From IMG/VR virus record IMGVR_UViG_3300025120_000036, positions 4,974 to 68,973 of that record: 64,000 nt of DNA. The stretch is one strand, 5' to 3'. The notes beneath the pieces were generated by a model. It was not told the DNA's origin. It searched no databases and saw only the letters and a list, made by a program, of their open reading frames with translations. The translations under genes were made by a program, and so were the position numbers. The stretch comes from a virus. How positions within the stretch are numbered: the stretch's first letter is position 1; each line of letters begins with the position of its first letter. Of the stretch, positions 49,068 to 59,417 are shown piece after piece.

Positions 49068-50349
49068 TTACGGCGCTAAAGAACCTGAAAAACTAAAAAT
49101 TGAAGATATGACAGCTCGACAAAAAGAGTTGCTTATTGATAGTGATAGTTTTTGTATGTTGCCATGGATGCATCTTCATGCTTTCCCTGATGGTAGAGCT
49201 TATCCTTGTTGTTTTGGTTTAGACAAATATCCTGTTGGAGACATGAATAAGCAGTCAATGAAAGAAGTATTCAACGACGAACCTTTAAAATTAATGCGTA
49301 GGAATATGTTGGCTAATAAAAAAAGCAAACAATGTGCTAAATGCTATGATCAAGAAAAGGCTGGATTCTTTAGTTTACGAATGAGTTCAAATAAACACTT
49401 TGGGCATGACATAGGCTTAATTGAAAATACATTGCCGGACGGAACTGCAGATTTTATGATCAAATATTGGGATATAAGATTTTCTAATCTCTGTAATATG
49501 GCTTGTAGAAGTTGCGGAACTTGGTTTAGTTCTAACTGGTACGAAGATCATAAAAAAATACACGGTAGTGACCCGGGACATCCAAAGATAATGAGAGTGG
49601 GTCGAAACGGTAATGATGTTTGGAATCAATTGTTAGAACAATTTGATCATGTTGAACAATTTTACTTTGCCGGAGGCGAGCCTTTAATAATGGAAGAACA
49701 TTATAGGATTCTAAAAGAATTGGATAAAAGAAAAATGTATCATGTAAGATTAATTTACAACACTAATTTCAGTAAATTAAAATTTAAAGATATGGATGTT
49801 TTAGAGCTTTGGAACAAATTTGATTCAGTATCTATAGGCGCAAGTTTAGACGCTGAAGGACCAAGAGCAGAATTGATGCGTAAGGGTACCAAATGGGAAC
49901 AAACATTAGCAAATAGAAAACGTATGCTGGAAGTCTGTCCACAAGTTGATTTTTATCTATCAAGCACAGTAGGACTTATCAATGCTTTACATATTCCTGA
50001 CTTTCACAAAAATTGGACGGAACAAGGGTTAATCAAAGCACAAGATTTTAATTTCAATTTATTACAATGGCCAAGTTGGCAAAGAATGGATATGTTACCT
50101 ATTGAATATAAAAAAAGAATTGAAGAAAAATACTTGAAACACATTGATTGGCTAAAAGGCCAAGACCATTTGACCAGAGCAACAAAAGGTTTTGAAAGCG
50201 GAATAAAATGGATGTATGATAAAGATACTTCTAGACATCTTCCAGAATTTTTTGAATTAACAAGAAAATATGATGCAGTAAGAGAAGAAACAACCACAGA
50301 AGTATTTCCTGAACTAAAAGAGTTATTTGACAAATATGAAAAGAAATAA
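49057..50349 (+). CDS. Twitch radical SAM protein (3 of 5)
   Basis: CNMACRSC, GGEP, FC.LPW..PCC..C.KC. Confidence 0.9.
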   Translation: MAYNYGAKEPEKLKIEDMTARQKELLIDSDSFCMLPWMHLHAFPDGRAYPCCFGLDKYPVGDMNKQSMKEVFNDEPLKLMRRNMLANKKSKQCAKCYDQEKAGFFSLRMSSNKHFGHDIGLIENTLPDGTADFMIKYWDIRFSNLCNMACRSCGTWFSSNWYEDHKKIHGSDPGHPKIMRVGRNGNDVWNQLLEQFDHVEQFYFAGGEPLIMEEHYRILKELDKRKMYHVRLIYNTNFSKLKFKDMDVLELWNKFDSVSIGASLDAEGPRAELMRKGTKWEQTLANRKRMLEVCPQVDFYLSSTVGLINALHIPDFHKNWTEQGLIKAQDFNFNLLQWPSWQRMDMLPIEYKKRIEEKYLKHIDWLKGQDHLTRATKGFESGIKWMYDKDTSRHLPEFFELTRKYDAVREETTTEVFPELKELFDKYEKK

Positions 50350-51619
50350 GCCAAGTGAAGGCAACAAAACATTTTGTATGGCACCATGGACGCATACGTA
50401 TTTGAGTCCACAAACAGAAAGACGTATGTGTTGTGCGTCAAGAGAACCTGCACAAAGTTTTAAGCAATACATAGATACAGGAAACGATGCTAAAGAATAC
50501 AAACCTAAAAGTTTAAAAGAACATTGGAACAGTGATCATATGCGTTCAGTAAGACAACAAATGATGTCTGGAGAAAAACTTAAAGAGTGTGTAGTGTGTG
50601 ATGACAAACTGTTAAACACCGATGTTTATAGGTCATATTGGAATCAGCTATTCAAAGACAAAGTAGACGAGGCGTTTGCATCAACAGATGACACAGGTTA
50701 TACTACAATGAAAACAATTAGTTTTGATTATAGATTTAATAATCTTTGTAATTTTAAGTGTAGAATGTGCGGAGATATGTTAAGCTCTAGTTGGGAAGCC
50801 GAGTCAAGAAAACATCAAAACTGGAATAAAGACTCACAGCCTTGGATGGCATCACCTTTAAGAGAACAAATAAAAACGTTTCAAGACAAACAAGTTGTGC
50901 AGGAGTTTGTAGATGCTGTTGAAACAAAAGAAATAAGAGAGATATACTGGTGCGGTGGAGAACCTTTGATGTGGGATATGCATTGGAAAAGTATGGAAAG
51001 AATAATTGAGTTAGGATTTGCAGACCAAGTATACGTAAGATATAATTCTAATTTAAGTAGAACAAGTTTTAGAAAATCAAATTTGTTTGATCTTTTAGGA
51101 TATTTTCAGGATTGGCAAGTGTGTGCATCAATTGATGGCACAGGAGAGGTTGGAGAGTATATAAGAGATGGATTAAACTATGAACAGTGGTTACGTAATT
51201 TTAAAGAAGGTTTATCTGTTTCAACCAATCCAAGACAAATGCGTTTAGATTTTACAATAACATTACTAGGGTTATTAGAATTAAAAAATATGTTTGATTT
51301 AAGCCAAGAATTAAACACTGAAATATTAACGAAAGTTATGTTTACATTTAGTAATGAAGAAATATTAAGTCCATTAAGTTTGCCTACAAAATTATTACAT
51401 GAAATAATAGACGAAGCGTTAGCTTACATGGAGCCTAAAGCTACCTACAAACAACAAGCATTAATAGATGTTTTAAAAAATTTAAAAACAAGAGAAACTT
51501 TTACTGCTACAAAAAAAGGAAAAGTAAGACAGCTATGGTTAGACAAAATTCGTAAACAAGATATTACAAAACTATTAGCAAAGGATAAGAGGATATTAGA
51601 ATGGTGGACAAGTATATAA
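50336..51619 (+). CDS. Twitch radical SAM protein (4 of 5)
   Basis: CNFKCRMC, GGEP, FC.APW..MCC..C.VC. Confidence 0.9.
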   Translation: MKRNKPSEGNKTFCMAPWTHTYLSPQTERRMCCASREPAQSFKQYIDTGNDAKEYKPKSLKEHWNSDHMRSVRQQMMSGEKLKECVVCDDKLLNTDVYRSYWNQLFKDKVDEAFASTDDTGYTTMKTISFDYRFNNLCNFKCRMCGDMLSSSWEAESRKHQNWNKDSQPWMASPLREQIKTFQDKQVVQEFVDAVETKEIREIYWCGGEPLMWDMHWKSMERIIELGFADQVYVRYNSNLSRTSFRKSNLFDLLGYFQDWQVCASIDGTGEVGEYIRDGLNYEQWLRNFKEGLSVSTNPRQMRLDFTITLLGLLELKNMFDLSQELNTEILTKVMFTFSNEEILSPLSLPTKLLHEIIDEALAYMEPKATYKQQALIDVLKNLKTRETFTATKKGKVRQLWLDKIRKQDITKLLAKDKRILEWWTSI

Positions 51620-52767
51620 AATCAAATGTTTGTCCTTTACCATGGACACATTTAGAAGTTGATGTAAACGGTGGAGCGTCTCCGTGCTGTTTGTATAAAG
51701 GGTCCATACCCAATGTAAAAGTTTATGAAACAGGTTTAAAAAAAATACAACAAACTGATTTTATGAAAAACTTAAGGCAAGAGTTTAAAGAAGGAAAACG
51801 TCCTGATGGTTGTACAAACTGCTGGAGTGAGGAAGACGCAGGCAAGACATCAAAACGTATGAATTCATTATACAAAATTAAAAACAGTTTAAAAGATTGG
51901 ACCCCCGATAGCGAGCCTTCACTAAAGTTTATTGACTTTAAGCTAGGCAATGTGTGTAATCTTAAATGTAGAATATGTGGATCATGGAGTTCAAGCAAAT
52001 GGGCACAGGAGGAATTAGATTATGGTGAAAATCCCGTGGCAAGAAAAAATTTAAAAGAAGGCGGTTGGCCAAAACGCAATCCACAGTTTTTTGAAGATCT
52101 TAAGGAAGACTTGAAACACGTAGAATATTTTGAGTTTACTGGCGGAGAGCCGTTTATGATAAAAGATCACTTTAAAATATTGATGCACTGTGTAGAAAAA
52201 GGATATGCAAAAAATATTGATATACACTACAATACAAACGGAACACAATTACCAGGAATAGAAATATTTGACCTTTGGAGTTATTTCAAAAGGGTTGAAG
52301 TAGCATTCTCAATTGACGACGTTGGTGAGCAATTTGAATATCAAAGGCACCCAGCTAATTGGAGACAGGTAGGAGCAAATTTAGTCAAATGGAAAGAACG
52401 CAGAACACCTAACATGGATTTTCAAATTTGTACTACTGTTAGTATGTTTAACATCTTTAGTTTGGCAAAAATTGCATTTTGGGTAGCACAATATCAACCT
52501 AAATTTTTTTATGTAAACACACTGTTTGATCCAGACTATTTCAATATTCAAACACTACCAAAAAATATAAAAAATATAGTTAACACTAGATACTCTATGT
52601 TAAGTGATTTTAAACCTACATTAAGGTTTATGAATGCTGTTGATAGAGATACGGCAGAAATTAGAAAGCAAAGAATGAATAGAATTGTAACTGCTGATGC
52701 ATATAGGCATGAAAATTTTGGAGAAGTGTTTCCTCTTTTAAATAAAGTATTAGGAATTTATGAATAA
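51601..52767 (+). CDS. Twitch radical SAM protein (5 of 5)
   Basis: CNLKCRIC, GGEP, C.LPW..PCC..C.NC. Confidence 0.9.
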   Translation: MVDKYIKSNVCPLPWTHLEVDVNGGASPCCLYKGSIPNVKVYETGLKKIQQTDFMKNLRQEFKEGKRPDGCTNCWSEEDAGKTSKRMNSLYKIKNSLKDWTPDSEPSLKFIDFKLGNVCNLKCRICGSWSSSKWAQEELDYGENPVARKNLKEGGWPKRNPQFFEDLKEDLKHVEYFEFTGGEPFMIKDHFKILMHCVEKGYAKNIDIHYNTNGTQLPGIEIFDLWSYFKRVEVAFSIDDVGEQFEYQRHPANWRQVGANLVKWKERRTPNMDFQICTTVSMFNIFSLAKIAFWVAQYQPKFFYVNTLFDPDYFNIQTLPKNIKNIVNTRYSMLSDFKPTLRFMNAVDRDTAEIRKQRMNRIVTADAYRHENFGEVFPLLNKVLGIYE

Positions 52768-53566
52768 AAATATTATATCAGGCGGTTGCAGTTTTACGTA
52801 TGGTCATGAATTAAGTGATTGTAATCATACAGGATTGCCACCTTCCAACAGAACATGGGCTAAAGGTTTGAGTGATTTGGTGCAAGGCAATTATTTTAGT
52901 GTAGCACAAGGCGGAATAGGAAATTCAGGAATTGCAAGAAAAGTTTTTGAATATATTTCACAAAATCCTACAGATATGGTTTTAGTAATGTGGAGTTTTC
53001 TTTCAAGATATGATGTTGCTATGCCAAGAAACAAATATTTAGAAGATACTCGTTGGGCTACAATAAGTCCTTGGGACACACAAGAAAAACAAGCAGAAGT
53101 GTACAGAACTTTATTAAGTTCAGAACCTCAACAAACGGCTTACAAATGGAGACGTGAACAACTAGGTACCACAGGCGTAAAAGAATATGCAGATGCTTTG
53201 TACAAATACCAAGCTAACGAATATAATGAAGTACACAACAGTTGGAAAAGTATAATTTGGTTACAAAATATATTAGAAAAGAAAAAAATACCATTTTTGT
53301 TTACACTTGCAGATAATACATTGTTTTACGATCACGATAAACCTCACAGTAATATAGACACTTTTATGACATACTTACACAATGAAATAGATTTTACCAA
53401 GTGGTTCACATTTGGCGAAAGAAAGATGGGCTTCAACCAATGGTCAGCAGTAAATGATTATCCAAGAGGCACAACACATCCACTAGACGAAGCACACAAA
53501 GATGCTGTACAATTAATGAAAGAAAAGTTTTTAGAAATTTATAACCAAAAGGAGAAAAATGATTAA
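52760..53566 (+). CDS. SGNH-hydrolase-like protein
   Basis: GCSFTYG, A.GG.GN, C-terminal HP...AH. Confidence 0.65.
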   Translation: MNKNIISGGCSFTYGHELSDCNHTGLPPSNRTWAKGLSDLVQGNYFSVAQGGIGNSGIARKVFEYISQNPTDMVLVMWSFLSRYDVAMPRNKYLEDTRWATISPWDTQEKQAEVYRTLLSSEPQQTAYKWRREQLGTTGVKEYADALYKYQANEYNEVHNSWKSIIWLQNILEKKKIPFLFTLADNTLFYDHDKPHSNIDTFMTYLHNEIDFTKWFTFGERKMGFNQWSAVNDYPRGTTHPLDEAHKDAVQLMKEKFLEIYNQKEKND

Positions 53567-53678
53567 ATGGCTTAAAGCAATGTTTGACAAAATCTTACCA
53601 GAAAAGATTAAGGCAGAAATTGCATATAGAAAAAGGCTGAAAGAATTAAAGAAAAAAGATCCTTTCATATACAAATAA
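53559..53678 (+). CDS. 39-aa micro-protein ending DPFIYK (not in ORF track)
   Basis: RBS AAGGAG; MIKWLKAMFDKILPEKIKAEIAYRKRLKELKKKDPFIYK; stop 1 nt before the carbamoyltransferase ATG. Confidence 0.8.
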   Translation: MIKWLKAMFDKILPEKIKAEIAYRKRLKELKKKDPFIYK

Positions 53679-53679
53679 A

Positions 53680-55164
53680 ATGAGAATACTAGGTATTAAT
53701 TGCATGAACCATGACGCCGCTATGGCTGTCATAGATGGACAAGACATTGTCTGGGCCGCTCATGCTGAACGATATAGCAAGGTAAAAAATGATCATTACT
53801 TGAATCAAGAGATAGTAAATGAGGCAATGTCCTTTGGACCGTTTGATAAAGTGGTGTACTATGAAAAACCTTTGCTTAAAAAGACAAGGCAGTTTTACGC
53901 AAAACAATATGGATTAGCTATTGATTCAAAGGAAATGCCTTTACAACACCTTAAAACATTTGGCATTAATAAAATTGACGAATATATTTTGCATCACGAA
54001 TCTCACGCCGCAACAGGATACTATACATCACCTTATAGAGACTGTGTAATTTTAACAGTTGATGCAATAGGCGAGTGGGACACAATTAGTATATGGTTAG
54101 GACAAAATGGCAAAATGGAACTTAAAGAAAGAACTAGATATCCTCATTCTTTGGGAATATTATATTCTGCATTTACACAGAGATGTGGATTAAAACCAGC
54201 TGAAGAAGAATATATTTTAATGGGCATGGCCGCTTATGGAATGCCTATCTACAAAAACAAAATTTATAGAGATTTTATTCATAGTTCAAATCCTTTTCAA
54301 TTAACAAAAAATTTACATAAAGGATTAGGAGACTGGATGCCTGATGCAGATGTAATGGATATAGCAAGATCCATACAAGAAGTCACAGAAGAAATATTGG
54401 CAACACTGTGGCACAAGGCGGCATCATATCTACCAGCAAAAAGTTTAATGGCACCACAGCGTAATCTTGTATTTGGCGGAGGAGTAGCTTTGAACTGTGC
54501 GGCCAATAGCAAGTTAGCTGAATTAGGTTTATTTGATAATATTTGGATTATGCCTAATCCAGGAGATGCAGGATCGTCAATTGGTTGTGTTGCGGCGTCG
54601 CAAAAAGAATTTTTAAATTGGGAACACCCATTTTTAGGACACGAAATCAAAGGTGAATACCCTGTAGACAGATTAATAAAAGAATTGAAAGAAAATAAAA
54701 TGTGTGGAGTGGCAAGTGGCAAAGCGGAATTTGGACCAAGAGCACTTGGTAATAGATCACTGTTAGCAGATCCTCGTGGACCTGAAGTTAAAGATTTGGT
54801 AAATCAAATAAAGCGTAGACAGAAGTTTAGACCGTTTGCTCCAGCCATATTAGAAGAGGATGTAAACGACTATTTTACTCTGCCTAAGTCAGTGAAAAAC
54901 ACCCCTTATATGCAATTTACAGCGGCGTGTGTGCGTGGTAAAGACTTCCCTGCCATAATACATCATGATGGCACATCTAGGGTCCAAACGGTGCGTAAGA
55001 CGGATAATCCAGGGTTTCATGCACTACTTACTGAGTGGAAAAAACAGACAGGTTGCCCTATACTTTTGAACACTAGTTTGAACATAAAGGGTCAACCAAT
55101 TGTAAATGATGAGGCAGATGGTAAAGCCTTTGAAAACAAATATGGAGTGAAAGTGTTTTCGTGA
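53680..55164 (+). CDS. CmcH/NodU/TobZ-family carbamoyltransferase
   Basis: HDAA, ERYS..K.D, HH.SHA, DAIGE, GGVALNC.AN, GDAG, EFGPRALGNRS, FRPFAP, LNTSLN. Confidence 0.95.
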   Translation: MRILGINCMNHDAAMAVIDGQDIVWAAHAERYSKVKNDHYLNQEIVNEAMSFGPFDKVVYYEKPLLKKTRQFYAKQYGLAIDSKEMPLQHLKTFGINKIDEYILHHESHAATGYYTSPYRDCVILTVDAIGEWDTISIWLGQNGKMELKERTRYPHSLGILYSAFTQRCGLKPAEEEYILMGMAAYGMPIYKNKIYRDFIHSSNPFQLTKNLHKGLGDWMPDADVMDIARSIQEVTEEILATLWHKAASYLPAKSLMAPQRNLVFGGGVALNCAANSKLAELGLFDNIWIMPNPGDAGSSIGCVAASQKEFLNWEHPFLGHEIKGEYPVDRLIKELKENKMCGVASGKAEFGPRALGNRSLLADPRGPEVKDLVNQIKRRQKFRPFAPAILEEDVNDYFTLPKSVKNTPYMQFTAACVRGKDFPAIIHHDGTSRVQTVRKTDNPGFHALLTEWKKQTGCPILLNTSLNIKGQPIVNDEADGKAFENKYGVKVFS

Positions 55165-56102
55165 AAATTCTCGTAACAGGTGGAAATGGCTTTATTGGAT
55201 CTAAAATTGTTGAATTGTTGTGTAAGAAACACAAGATCACAGTACTAGACAACAACGAAACCTACGGATTAGTTCATCAGGAACAATTACAAAATTTATT
55301 AAAATGGCGTCAAAGAAATTGGAAAAAAATTAGTACTACTATCACGGGAGATATTAGAAAGTCTTTAGTTGGATTGAAAGCATTTAAAAGCAGACCAGAT
55401 TTAGTAATCCATTTAGCATCGTACCCAAGAGCAAAAATTGTACAAAATAATCCTGTAGACGGAGTTAGTCAAATTGTAGACGGTACAGTAAATATGCTTT
55501 GGCACGCCGCTAAATTTGGAGCCAAAAAATTTGTGTATGTAAGTTCTAGTATGGTGTATGGCAATTACAAAGATGGCACACGAGAAGATGCAAAAACAAA
55601 ACCTATAAACATATACGGTGAAGCAAAACTAACTTGTGAAAGGTTAACTAAACTTTGGTGTACAAATAATAAATTAGACTATTCGATTGTAAGACCAAGT
55701 GGTGTTTATGGCCCTGGCGATTTGCCAGACAGAGTAATAAGCAAGTTTTTCGAGGCGGCTATGAATAATAAAACTTTAAAAGTACATGGCAAAAACAAAG
55801 TAGATTTCACGTACAGAAAAGATGCGGCACAGGGTATAATAGATGTAGCATTAGCAAAACATACAAATACAAGTTTTAATATTACTGCCGGTAAAGCCAC
55901 AAGTCTAAAAGAAGCGGCAAAATTAATTGTTAAGATATGTAAAAGTAAAAGTAAAATTGTTGATACAGGTGCAAAAGCATTATATCCTATTAGAGGTACT
56001 TTGAATACTAATAGAGCTAAAAAGTATTGTGATTATAAACCAACAATGAAATTAGAGGAAGGACTTATAAGTTACTATGAGTGGTTACAAAATCAGATTT
56101 AA
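55161..56102 (+). CDS. NAD-dependent nucleotide-sugar epimerase/dehydratase
   Basis: GGNGFIG, SSS.VYG, YG..K. Confidence 0.9.
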   Translation: MKILVTGGNGFIGSKIVELLCKKHKITVLDNNETYGLVHQEQLQNLLKWRQRNWKKISTTITGDIRKSLVGLKAFKSRPDLVIHLASYPRAKIVQNNPVDGVSQIVDGTVNMLWHAAKFGAKKFVYVSSSMVYGNYKDGTREDAKTKPINIYGEAKLTCERLTKLWCTNNKLDYSIVRPSGVYGPGDLPDRVISKFFEAAMNNKTLKVHGKNKVDFTYRKDAAQGIIDVALAKHTNTSFNITAGKATSLKEAAKLIVKICKSKSKIVDTGAKALYPIRGTLNTNRAKKYCDYKPTMKLEEGLISYYEWLQNQI

Positions 56103-57132
56103 TGGACTTGACAGACTGTATGACTCATTTAGTTGGCGGTTAACTAGAAGAGCAAAGAAAGCCTGGGAGACAGGTATTGTTGTTGACGGAACTTTCCTAC
56201 AAAAACTTGAAGCCAAAATTGCTGACAAAAGTCTTAGAAAATTTGCTGTTGGTGTTGCTAGTGCAACAGATGGTTTATATTTTGCTATGAAAGCCTTAGG
56301 ATTGAACAAAGATTCAGTGATAGGATGTCCTGTATTAAGTTATGTTGCAACTGGTGGAGCAATCAAAAGACTAGGTGCCAGATTAGAATATATTGATGTT
56401 GATCAATATGGCAGTATAGGATCTTTAGATTCAAAAAAATTAGATGCAGTTGTTTATGTCAACTTGTATGGTAGTCCTGCAGAGTATCAAAGGTTAAAAG
56501 ATTTTTGCAATGACAAACACATACCACTAATAGAGGATGCCGCACAATCACAAGGAGCATGGTATCACGGAATACCTAGCGGCAAAATGGGAGACATAAG
56601 TGTTTATAGTTTTGCGCCTTCAAAAAATTTACCATGTTTTGGCACCGGAGGAATGATACTCACAGACAACGCTGATGTCTATGACAAATTGAAGTCTTTA
56701 AGAAAGCATGGTCTAGGAACTAAAGAACACGGATACAATAGTATTTTAAGTGAAGATCATGCAAGTCAATTGACACTATTACTAGACAAATTTGATTCTT
56801 TGCAAAAAATGAGAGAACACATACAGAAACGTTATGAAAAACAATTAAAAGGTATTGAATTTTTAATTAAAAAAGAGAAAGGTGTTTTTCCTAGCTATCA
56901 TAAGTGTGTCATTATGTGCAATGAAAGAAACAAATTAAAAAGTTATCTAGACAATTATGGCATAGAAACAGCAATTCATTATTCTTATCTGCTGGACAAA
57001 ACAATGACTCATCACTATCCTATGGCAGAACTTATACAAGCACAGTGTTTAAGTTTGCCTATATATCCGTATTTGAAAGAGTCAGAAGTTGATTATATTT
57101 GTAACAGGATAAAAAAGTTTTATGGCATTTGA
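56077..57132 (+). CDS. DegT/DnrJ/EryC1/StrS sugar aminotransferase
   Basis: EDAAQS, SF..SKNL...G.GG, LSLPIYP. Confidence 0.9.
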   Translation: MSGYKIRFNGLDRLYDSFSWRLTRRAKKAWETGIVVDGTFLQKLEAKIADKSLRKFAVGVASATDGLYFAMKALGLNKDSVIGCPVLSYVATGGAIKRLGARLEYIDVDQYGSIGSLDSKKLDAVVYVNLYGSPAEYQRLKDFCNDKHIPLIEDAAQSQGAWYHGIPSGKMGDISVYSFAPSKNLPCFGTGGMILTDNADVYDKLKSLRKHGLGTKEHGYNSILSEDHASQLTLLLDKFDSLQKMREHIQKRYEKQLKGIEFLIKKEKGVFPSYHKCVIMCNERNKLKSYLDNYGIETAIHYSYLLDKTMTHHYPMAELIQAQCLSLPIYPYLKESEVDYICNRIKKFYGI

Positions 57133-58450
57133 TTGTTTTTGTATAGATCTAAAAAATAAAACCAATGAGAAAAATATCACTGTCATACAGGAAAAATTTC
57201 CACAGGCTAAAATACTACCTTTTACAAAAAACTATAAAAACACAATTGACTATGCTGTTGAAACAGCAAAAACAGAATACGTTTGGATATTAACAAGTCT
57301 TATTGATTATACAGAGTTTGATTTTGATTTCATTCCTGAACAGTTTGAAAAGGACCAGATACATACGTGGTCAACTTACAATCAAAAAGAAGGTGATACG
57401 TTTTTAGTCCCTAAAGTATACCTCACGCAAAAAGTTAAATTTTTAAGAGATTATAAAGATGTAAATTATCACGTAACAGGATACCTAAAATACGATGATG
57501 AAATTGAAGAGCATCAGTATGATCTATCAAATGCTGTTGAGTCTTTACCCAATTTAAAAAATCCACCGCATAGATACATTTGTTATAAAACAAACACCGG
57601 CTACCGTTGGCCTTTTTTCCCAAGTTATTGGGATGATTTAAAAATTGTACAAGACGCCGACGTATTTTATATTCCAATACACGCAATTGAACAAATTAAA
57701 AATGACATTTATGATTATCCATTAATATACACTAGACATCAAAACAAGAATGTAGATTGTTTTGATATTGCTTTTATTTCTAATGGAGAGCCCTTTGAAC
57801 AACAAAATTATGATCTTTTAAAAAAACACATTGAAATATACAAATTAAAAAATAGATTAATATGGATCAGAAACGTTAAAGGGAGATCACAAGCATACAA
57901 AACTGCGGCTAATAAAGTTGATACAGAATATTTTTATGCTGTGTTTGCCAAAAGCAGAGTAGATAAAAATTTTATGTTTGATTACACAGTCGATAGATGT
58001 AAATCTAAAAGGCATTATATTTTTCATTCATACTTGCCTGAATTAGAAATAGACTATGGAACCTTTAACATTTCAGCATTCAATAAAACACTATGTTTAA
58101 ATACCGGAGATGATGTTTTAGATTTTACTTTAGCACAACAACACGAAGTTGTCACCACTGTGGCCTCAGTTGCACTGCTGGCACCGGACAATTATACTGC
58201 ATGGAAAAATGGTTTTAGAGAAGTTTCAAAACTAGTTTACTGGAATAAACACACTCCAACTGTAGAAACAAGTTATAGAATAAAGAAATGGTTAAATTGC
58301 AATAACGAATGGTTAAAAAAAGGTGCAAGTGATGGGGAGCAGTTTACTAAAGAATCAAACTTTAATTTAGATAAAATACAAAAAACTTATTATTGGGATT
58401 TTTGTAGAAAGACTTTTAATTCAAAGTATCCAGCTGAAACTTCTTATTAA
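57122..58450 (+). CDS. Glycosyltransferase-like protein (C-terminal half resembles 45477..46373)
   Basis: FISNGE, VKGR..AY..AA, YG, AW..GFRE..KL. Confidence 0.55.
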   Translation: MAFDCFCIDLKNKTNEKNITVIQEKFPQAKILPFTKNYKNTIDYAVETAKTEYVWILTSLIDYTEFDFDFIPEQFEKDQIHTWSTYNQKEGDTFLVPKVYLTQKVKFLRDYKDVNYHVTGYLKYDDEIEEHQYDLSNAVESLPNLKNPPHRYICYKTNTGYRWPFFPSYWDDLKIVQDADVFYIPIHAIEQIKNDIYDYPLIYTRHQNKNVDCFDIAFISNGEPFEQQNYDLLKKHIEIYKLKNRLIWIRNVKGRSQAYKTAANKVDTEYFYAVFAKSRVDKNFMFDYTVDRCKSKRHYIFHSYLPELEIDYGTFNISAFNKTLCLNTGDDVLDFTLAQQHEVVTTVASVALLAPDNYTAWKNGFREVSKLVYWNKHTPTVETSYRIKKWLNCNNEWLKKGASDGEQFTKESNFNLDKIQKTYYWDFCRKTFNSKYPAETSY

Positions 58451-59417
58451 TTTTCAAATTTTTGTGATAAAACGGTTGTTTTAAAAACCAATCTATGTAT
58501 GCTGGTATGCCAGTTTCGATGTCAGTGGTTGGAGCCCAATTAAACATAGATTTTGCTTTGTCACTATTCAACGTATCTCTGTTTGGATAAAAACTATCGT
58601 GTGGTAGTGTTAGAATTTTTCCATAGCCTAATTTGTTTTTTATTAGTTCAGCGGCTTCAATTATTTTTCTGCCATTACCTCTTGTGCAATTAAAAGTTTC
58701 GTTGTAAATCTCGCTTGTGGTTGCCACACTAAAATACTTCGCAACATCAAACACATCAGAAAAATCTAGTTTGTTGTCTGGTCCTTGCACAGTCATTGTA
58801 CCATTTGTTAAACAATTCTTAGTCAATTGACTTATTACTCTCACTATGGCATCTGTTGTGCCATATAATGCTGATGGACGCATTATTACATAGTTCAATC
58901 CTTTTTCTCTGTGCCAAATTTTACACATTAGTTCACCCTGTCTTTTAAAAGATCCATACAAAGTATTAGGTTTTGGCATTACATCTTCATTAGGTATATT
59001 GTCTTTGAAGTCACCATATACCATACTGCTACTTGCAAACACTATTTTTTCTATTTTGTGTTCAACGCAAAGGTCTAACACATATGCAGTGGCAGTAATC
59101 ATATTGGCAGTGGCATCTGCTATATTTCTAGCTACCATTTTTGCGTTTGGATATGTTGCTACATGAATTACCCGATCAGGTTTAAAATCTTCAAATACTT
59201 CTCTCATAAATTGTAAATTTTCTATTTGACCAATGTATTCTTTATGCGGTGATGCAATAGCTTTTCTTTGAATAAGAATTGGATTGTATTCCCAATCTGG
59301 AAAAGTATAATATTGATGATAGCAATCAACAACACCAATTGTGTGATTTTGTTTTTTAAGAAGTTGTGCTGTATGACTGCCTATAAACCCGTAGCCACCT
59401 AATATTAAAATTTTCAT
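58416..59417 (-). CDS. NAD-dependent epimerase/dehydratase (paralog of 55161..56102)
   Basis: GGYGFIG, SSSMVYG, YG..K. Confidence 0.9.
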   Translation of the reverse strand: MKILILGGYGFIGSHTAQLLKKQNHTIGVVDCYHQYYTFPDWEYNPILIQRKAIASPHKEYIGQIENLQFMREVFEDFKPDRVIHVATYPNAKMVARNIADATANMITATAYVLDLCVEHKIEKIVFASSSMVYGDFKDNIPNEDVMPKPNTLYGSFKRQGELMCKIWHREKGLNYVIMRPSALYGTTDAIVRVISQLTKNCLTNGTMTVQGPDNKLDFSDVFDVAKYFSVATTSEIYNETFNCTRGNGRKIIEAAELIKNKLGYGKILTLPHDSFYPNRDTLNSDKAKSMFNWAPTTDIETGIPAYIDWFLKQPFYHKNLKINKKFQLDTLN

